From contig NIVC01004013.1 in the NCBI GenBank assembly GCA_002269645.1, positions 738-64,737 on the forward strand: a stretch of DNA of 64,000 bases. The letters run 5' to 3'. Each line of letters begins with the position of its first letter. Position 1 is the stretch's first letter. Shown here piece after piece: positions 55,596 to 64,000 of the stretch. This DNA is from Macrostomum lignano. Its lineage: Eukaryota. The translations under genes and the position numbers were made by a program. The notes below the pieces were generated by a model, which saw only the letters and a list, made by a program, of their open reading frames with translations, searched no databases and had not been told where the DNA came from.

Positions 55596-57641
55596 TATTA
55601 TTATGTGATAATTTGCAGTCCCAAAAAAGATACCTAACATTTAAGGTACTACATGCATATTTTCACAGGAAGGACCCGTGAAGGACCTTTCAAGATGTAG
55701 TTTAAGCCTGTAATTCAGTTTTCAAATTTCAATTCGAATGCACTACAATGGTTCAGAAGCCCCGCACCCAACCCAAAATATTTATCGCATCAAAGTTGAC
55801 AAGCCCTTGGCAGTGCAATGAAGTGCTGCAGTACCGTATGTGCAGGGGTATTATTACAAGTAAATTGACGAGAGCATTAGCTACCCAGTCTATTATCGAA
55901 TACGGATACCCCGCATCGAGGAGTTCGTTTCAAAGTCAACATTCAGTTAACTCTGAACCCAGAGAGAGAGAGAGAGAGATCGGAGAGAGAATTTCATGTG
56001 ACAGAGAGAAAACCATTTTACAATGACAGTATTATAAAATCGCTGAAAATAGCACAACTCAGAGCAATGTCGATGTCAACCTTTGACCTCCTTGGCCAAC
56101 TGGTTAAAACAAGAATGTTTTAGCAACTAAATATAGGTCTGGTAAAGTGGCTCGCTCAATGAAAAGTAAATAAATAAAAGTCATTATCAACATGAAATGT
56201 ATAGTTATTTATTTGAATTGCCGATGCATTTCCAATATTCCACTGTGTTCATTATCCCACTAATGTATTGTTGTAGGTAAACAGTAGGAGTAACTTAACA
56301 GTCTTACAATACGAAAACGCCTCGTCATCTAATTAGTGCCAATTAAAAGAATTGCAACACTTGAATAAATTTCCCCCCCCAACCCCTATCCGACTCCACT
56401 AGGAATTTGGATATGTGCCAACTTTGCATGCACTGGCGGATCCAGGGGTTCAAGGGGTCGTCTGACCCCCCCCCATTCCCGAGAGAATTCGGGGGGGGGG
56501 TGTACATGTATGACCATTCTGGAAAACAGAAAAATGTTTCGTTTGCCCTTTCGTAGCTCGAAGCTTGAACTCACTCGCGGATCCAGGACGGGTCAAGTGG
56601 GTTGGCTGACCCCCTCCCCAGAACAAAATCCTGTCTCTGGCACGAGCCATGAGAAAGGGCCTATTTTAGTGATTAGAAAAATATAGTTAATGTGTTTTTA
56701 AGCTAAATCTCTTAAGCCATCAAACGAATAGCAGCTATTGCCATAAATTACAAGTGACAACGCAATTCGCCGCCTTTCCAATGACGATCGAAGTGAGCAA
56801 TGCTATTCTCGTGTTCAATAGTTGCCTTTGAACACCTCTACAGCCACCGTTTCTTTATTGGGTAACCCCGCTCTGATAAAGGCAAAACCGCTAATAAAGA
56901 AATCACAAACCACTTTTTAAAAAATTACCTGCGGCGGCTTTGCCTCCCCTGGCATCAACTGGTAGCAACCGGTATTGCTGCACCAATGCTCAAGAACTGA
57001 GATAAGAAGCACGTGCAAGAGCAAAATTTTTACTGATTATTTTAAAATTATAAAAAAAATCGAGAAAAAAGATTAAGTTTGACCCGTTTCTCCGGACTTT
57101 GGTCTGTTCAAAAAAATAGTTAAAGTGCGCTTCGTTCTGGAAAAAAATGTACAGAAGAGGCGGAGTGGAGGATTGGCCAGTAGAATACACTCCTGTGCAG
57201 TTCGCAGTTTAAGCTTTAATTGTTCATAGCCTGATGACCTTGCAATGCCATGCTAGTCAGGCCTTTTGTGTGTCTTTACCATAGACGATTTTACAATAAT
57301 GAAGACAATATAGTGTTTACCATAATGGAGACACTAAAACCAAGGACAACTTGATAACTCAGGACCGGAAACGAGCCGATTCATGGCGAAAAAAGTATGA
57401 GGCTCGTTTAAAAGCATTGTTTAGCAATTTGACGATCATTATTCACATTTTTAATGCAGAACAATCCATTACTACAAACAATGCATTGTCTGTAGGATCT
57501 GAAAACAGAAAAACAATACAAAGAATCAGCGGTCGCAGCCAGTGGCGCAACCAGGGGGGGGGGCGGGGGGGCGGTCGCCCCCCCCTTAGGCGGGGGACCG
57601 AAAAAAAATCAAAGAGGGGACCAAGCGAATTTTCGCCAAAA

Positions 57642-59830
57642 ACAGAGACACTACAACACTATGTAGGAACACTGCATCAATGGAGACACTACAACACTAT
57701 GTAGGAACACTGCATCAACGGAGACACTACAACACTATGTAGGAACACTGCATCAACGGAGACACTACAACACTATGTAGGAACACTGCATCAACGGAGA
57801 CACTACAACACTATGTAGGAACACTGCATCAACGGAGACACTACAACACTATGTAGGAACACTGCATCAACAGAGACACTACAACACTATGTAGGAACAC
57901 TGCATCAACGGAGACACTACAACACTGTAGGAACACTGCATCAACAGAGACACTACAACACTATGTAGGAACACTGCATCAACGGAGACACTACAACACT
58001 ATGTAGGAACACTGCATCAACGGAGACACTACAACACTATGTAGGAACACTGCATCAACAGAGACACTACAGCACTATGTAGGAACACTGCATCAACGGA
58101 GACACTACAACACTATGTAGGAACACTGCATCAACGGAGACACTACAACACTATGTAGGAACACTGCATCAACGGAGACACTACAACACTATGTAGGAAC
58201 ACTGCATCAACGGAGACACTACAACACTGTAGGAACACTGCATCAACAGAGACACTACAACACTATGTAGGAACACTGCATCAACGGAGACACTACAACA
58301 CTATGTAGGAACACTGCATCAACGGAGACACTACAACACTATGTAGGAACACTGCATCAACAGAGACACTACAACACTATGTAGGAACACTGCATCAACG
58401 GAGACACTACAACACTATGTAGGAACACTGCATCAACGGAGACACTACAACACTATGTAGGAACACTGCATCAACAGAGACACTACAACACTATGTAGGA
58501 ACACTGCATCAACGGAGACACTACAACACTATGTAGGAACACTGCATCAACGGAGACACTACAACACTATGTAGGAACACTGCATCAACGGAGACACTAC
58601 AACACTATGTAGGAACACTGCATCAACGGAGACACTACAACACTATGTAGGAACACTGCATCAACGAGAGACACTACAACACTATGTAGGAACACTGCAT
58701 CAACAGAGACACTACAACACTATGTAGGAACACTGCATCAACGGAGACACTACAACACTATGTAGGAACACTGCATCAACGGAGACACTACAACACTATG
58801 TAGGAACACTGCATCAACGGAGACACTACAACGCTTACGTAGAACACTACATCAATGGAGACACTACAACACTACGTAGAAACTACATCAATGGAGACAC
58901 TACAACACTGTAGGAACACTGCATCAACGGAGACACTACAACACTATGTAGGAACACTGCATCAACAGAGACACTACAACACTATGTAGGAACACTGCAT
59001 CAACGGAGACACTACAACACTATGTAGAACACTGCATCAACGGAGACACTACAACACTATGTAGGAACACTGCATCAACGGAGACACTACAACACTATGT
59101 AGGAACACTGCATCAACGGAGACACTACAACACTATGTAGGAACACTGCATCAACAGAGACACTACAACACTATGTAGGAACACTGCATCAACAGAGACA
59201 CTACAACACTATGTAGGAACACTGCATCAACGGAGACACTACAACACTATGTAGGAACACTGCATCAACGGAGACACTACAACACTATGTAGGAACACTG
59301 CATCAACGGAGACACTACAACGCTTACGTAGAAACACTACATCAATGGAGACACTACAACACTACGTAGAAACACTACATCAACGGAGACACTACAACAC
59401 TGTAGGAACACTGCATCAACGGAGACACTACAACACTATGTAGGAACACTGCATCAACGGAGACACTACAACACTATGTAGGAACACTGCATCAACGGAG
59501 ACACTACAACACTATGTAGGAACACTGCATCAACGGAGACACTACAACACTATGTAGGAACACTGCATCAACGGAGACACTACAACACTATGTAGGAACA
59601 CTGCATCAACGGAGACACTACAACACTATGTAGGAACACTGCATCAACGGAGACACTACAACACTATGTAGGAACACTGCATCAACAGAGACACTACAAC
59701 ACTATGTAGGAACACTGCATCAACAGAGACACTACAACACTATGTAGGAACACTGCATCAACGGAGACACTACAACACTATGTAGGAACACTGCATCAAC
59801 GGAGACACTACAACGCTTACGTAAAAACAC
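57642..59830. repeat. 38-bp satellite, about 57 units
   Basis: CTACAACACTATGTAGGAACACTGCATCAACGGAGACA. Confidence 0.97.
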
Positions 59831-60500
59831 TATACCGGTACATCGCGAAGCTCACGAGTGTCTCTGTGGCACTAAAAAGTCGTGCGTTCACATCATTTAC
59901 TGGCTATTTCGCAGCAATGGATGCTTGTTTTTACCATAGAATATCACTGCGAGTCTTTATCCATGTAGGCTGGGTTCAGTGCAATTCATGCTTTATAGTA
60001 CAGTGCATTATTGTATTGCAAGCAGACGAGTTTTTAAACACACAATAGGAATAATTATTGTTCTGACTAATTGCTCGTCTTTTTAGCTTAACTAACCTGT
60101 AAACTGTTTATAGATAATTTGGTCAGGCTCGAAAATGCAAAAATTAGTTTTTTCTAACAGAATATTCGAGAAATAAAACTACACGCAGAGAGCGATAAGG
60201 GAACGTCAGCGCCATGCAGGTAAAGTGACGAAAAATGAGCAGCGGGCTGGAAGAAACAGAAGAGCGCGCTCAGGAAACCAGTTCTGATAACTCTAACGGC
60301 ACAGAAACACATAGAGAGGGTGCAGTTTCCTAATTTCAGAGAGTTGTTGAACTTTGCCCCCCACCCTCCCTCTACCCTCCCCAGCAACGAAATCTAAACT
60401 ATTTTGCAGTTTAAGAGAAAGCAGGCTTATCTCCTAACCGAAGTTGCAATCAGTTATGAAATCTGGACCCCAAGATGGACCCTAACAGCTAGTTGAAGGG

Positions 60501-60508
60501 TATAAAAA
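60501..60508 (+). promoter_or_regulatory. TATA box of the lipid-transfer gene
   Basis: TATAAAAA with an Inr-like CCAGTTC about 30 bp downstream; the ATG is at 60643. Confidence 0.6.
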
Positions 60509-60642
60509 GGCGGCTTTGGGGCTCTGGAGTCCAGTTCAACCAATTTTTCCTTTGGCTCTCAGGTCAAAAGAATTCTTTAACTCTATACTTGCAAATTGTT
60601 GCAATCTGAGAAACTTTGCAAACTAAATTGAAGACTCCAACG

Positions 60643-63600
60643 ATGGAGCACAAGACGGTGCTTCTTCTGCTAGTGCTGGCGGCTCTGGCTAATGCTGGTA
60701 AGCTGGAATTTAGTCAGAAATTTTGCTCTTTTGTTCAACAATGTAGGCGTGTATAGCTGTATCTCGTTGTGTAAGTGTAAGACATTTAGCTTCGTATGTG
60801 TCTTGTGTTCATACTAGTCAGATAAATTTATTGAAAGATTGATAGAATTCATGTAATCTGTACCAATCACTGATTTAGATATTCAAATACAGGAATCCAT
60901 CGGCTGAAATTTTGGGGGAAAGCCCAACAACTGATGCGTGTCTATATTTCAAGAATTAATCCGTGGATTAAAGAGAGAACTGAATGACTAGAAGCTCAAA
61001 ACTAATATTTTGCATTTGTCAGCGAAGTTCATAATCAAGCCAATAAAGTTGAGGATTGCCTTTTGGCAGCAGTAGATTTTGGTCTTGCCCATAGACCATA
61101 GAAGTTGACAATTCGGACATAGACATCAGCACAAACAAGGATGCCAGCATCAGCCTCTTTCATAGACTCTCTCAGTTTTCAAAACTGTTATTGAATTTTT
61201 CAACTCATAGAAATCATACTTAAACATCGACTTCCACGCGGTAAAGATCAGAGTTATCAACTTGTTTGCCTTTTTCCGTCTATGTCTTTGTCTATGGGCA
61301 ACAGCCAAATGGGTGTTCAGATTCGAAAATGACTGACCTAATCAACTTTATAACACCGCCAATCACCAAATAACAGGTCCGCTGACACGTCGGCAGGATG
61401 GCGGTTGCGCCAAATCTTGCCCACGCCCAAAGGACGGCGACGCCCCGTCCCCTTACACTCCCGGCAAGTCCTACACTTTCAACTACATGACCGGGTGCGA
61501 TCCGAGATCAAAGGCGCCTCCGAGGAATCTACTGGACTTCGCCTGACTGCCAAAGTCGTGCTGGATGCATTCTCGACCTGCGAGTTGGCCATGCGGATGG
61601 AGGAGGTCCGAGTCAGCGAGCAGGACCCCTCGGACCCGACTCGCTGGACCGAGAGCCCGCATCAGGCGCAGTTCGAAAGTGAGCTCACCGCCTCCGATGT
61701 CCACTTCGTCCTGCGGAACGGCCAAATCCCGGAAGTTTGCGCCGAGCTGCTGGAACCCGAGTGGGTGTTGAACATCAAGAAGGCCGCGATCAGCATGCTG
61801 CAGAACACGAACCCAAACAAAGTCGAGTCCTACAATGGCATCGAGGTGAGTCATTAGATTCGACTCATAATGATCTGAATAGTTTACCCTGTCGATGGCT
61901 TAAGATTAAGAGAAGTGCTTAAACATCTTGCACAATCATTTGTGCTCACCCTTAGTTGAAGCTTGGGACTCATAGCAGGGGAGAAACAAACATGCAGAAC
62001 AACTCACTGCCCGCGTTGCTAAGCTTCAGCTTACGCGAGCTCAAGGGAGAGAAACGGTCGCATCGAGCTCCAGAATAATGCCATCAAAGCTTTTAGTCAA
62101 AGTATTTGGTGCACTTTAAAGACAATCCTCTGTTCCCGGTTTGAAAAACTTGTATTTCTGAGAAATAGACATGTAAAAATTCCTGCATTCACTCTCCGTT
62201 TTTTCCAGACGGACATCAGCGGCAAGTGCAAGGTCACCTACTCGCCAGCCAAGGAGAGCGGCCGAGAATTCGAGGTGGTCAAAGTCACCGACCTGATGAG
62301 CTGCCTGGACCAGCAGCGGGTTCGAGGCAGCTTCCAGAGCAGCTCCTACAGAGTCCCGGCTCAGATCCAGTCGATGCCGCTAACAAAGGCCAACAGGACC
62401 TGCAAGGTTGTCTACTATTCTAGCGGCAATCTCAAGAGCTCCCTGTGCACCGAGGAGCACATCTTCAGGCCGTTCAGCACCGACAACGCCGGCGCTGTCA
62501 CGCAGGTCGAGCAGAGGATGGAGTTTATTGGCTCTGGCGGAATGCCAGGCTCAGTCACCGGTAACATTATTTTACTTTTGCTTGGTTATAATTTGGGTTA
62601 CATGTATTCTGTTGCATGAGTTAATCGATCTGCTGTATTGTACTCTAATGGCGTCCGATAGCAGAAAAAATATTGAAATGCTTTTTTCACAAGATAAATC
62701 TCACTCGTAGGGTGGTAGATTTTAACCTCGTGATTTTAACTCGTGACTCTGACCAGAGGGTCTTATCGCTGACCTATTTCTTCCATACCCAGCTGCTGCC
62801 CTGGAGGAACTGATAAGACGTGACCAGTTTGGTTTAGGCCAGTTTGATCAACACTGGTCCCCTTTGATAAGTTGCCGAGAGTCCACCAAACTTTGATAGC
62901 TCGTACGAAAGTGAAAGTCCGAGGTCAGGGTGAAATCAAAATTCGGGTCGCCATTGAATCTCAGCTATCAAAATTGCTCTGACCAAGTTGGTCAGAGTTC
63001 ATGTTTTGCAGATTTAGTTTTCTGGGTCGAGAATCTAAAGTCGACCGAGGGTACACAACAAAAAACAAAATGCGCGTACACACACACACACACACACCTC
63101 AACCCAAGCCCATCAACAATCTTATTTCAGATCATACTTTCAAGCGAAGCCCGCTAGAATATCAGCACCACGACTTCAAGCAGCCCTCCCGAGTACCCGA
63201 GCAGGATGTCCGGTCAGTTCTGAACGACCTCTGCGAGCTTGGTACCTCCGTGACGCCGCAGACGCCGAAACTGTTCAACGAGCTGATCCATCGACTTCGA
63301 GGTCTATCCAGCCAGCAACTCGCAGCAATCCGAAGCGAAGTAGAAGGCTCTTCTGTTTGCCGGCGCAATGGTCAGATGGCTCAGCAGTTCTTCTTTGACG
63401 CATTGCCCATGGTCTCGACTGCAGCAGCAACCGCAATGATGAAGGAGCTCGTTCTAAGCGGAAAGATTTCGTCGACTATTTCAGAAATGTGGCTCACGTC
63501 TCTTGCTTTTGTGCAGCAACCAGAAAGGGCAATGCTGGAAAGCCTTCTTCCTCTGCTAGAAGCCGAGAACCCAAGTCAACAAGCCCAGCTGGGTATCGGT

Positions 63601-64000
63601 GCCCTGGTGCATCAGTACTGCAAGAGCAGGTCCGAGTGCAGCAAGGATCCGATTGTGAAAAGCATCGGAGCTGCCCTACAGAGGCTTCTTGGCAGGGACT
63701 GTTCCACCGGAGATCGGAAAGCTCTGCTAACGACACTCAAGGCTATCGGAAACGCTGGATATCTCATTGACCTCATGCCCACCCTGGTGCAGTGCGTCAA
63801 TCGAGAGGCCAACCTGGTGGAAGTTCGGGTTGCGGCCATCGAAGCCCTCAGACGAACACCCTGCTCGGAAGACAGAACACCACTGATGAAGCTGATTCGA
63901 AACAAGGACGTGGACTCTGAGCTGCGAATCACAGCCTACCTAGGCCTGATGTCCTGTCCGACAATGGAATTGTTCGACACTGTCAAGGAGCTCCTGACGG
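60643..64000 (+). CDS. Large lipid transfer protein (apolipophorin/apoB/vitellogenin superfamily, Vitellogenin_N domain), 5' part, runs off the window
   Basis: Exons 60643-60697 (signal peptide), 61377-61845 (1-nt frameshift near 61494), 62209-62560 and 63131->64000 (open). Motifs YTPGKSYTFNY, GLRLTAKV, EWVLNIKK, E|TDISGKCKVTY, DALPMV, LKAIGNAG, VRVAAIEALRR, DSELRITAYL.LM.CP. Confidence 0.9.

Overview
Eukaryotic (animal) genomic DNA. GC-rich exons, polyQ tracts, short introns and dense minisatellites suggest a free-living flatworm such as Macrostomum; this is my inference, not verified. Host genes reconstructed by hand: a secreted PAN/apple-like + fibrinogen-domain protein, a goosecoid-like K50 homeobox gene with a GC-AG intron, a compact ZO-1-like MAGUK, NOS1AP/CAPON, a TMEM143/DUF3754 gene, the 5' part of an apolipophorin/vitellogenin-type lipid transfer gene, a two-TM Cys-rich protein, and tRNA-Ala(AGC). 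Mobile DNA: a decayed Mag-type Gypsy element, several 5'-truncated RTE-like LINEs, a tRNA-derived SINE family and several MITEs, often nested and with readable target-site duplications (TSDs). More than 20 tandem arrays are present. The most unusual item is a stand-alone, coding-intron-free, bacterial/viral-type thermonuclease (SNase) gene with intact catalytic motifs and apparent eukaryotic expression signals, a candidate domesticated horizontal transfer. All family assignments come from motif recognition by eye; no searches were run.
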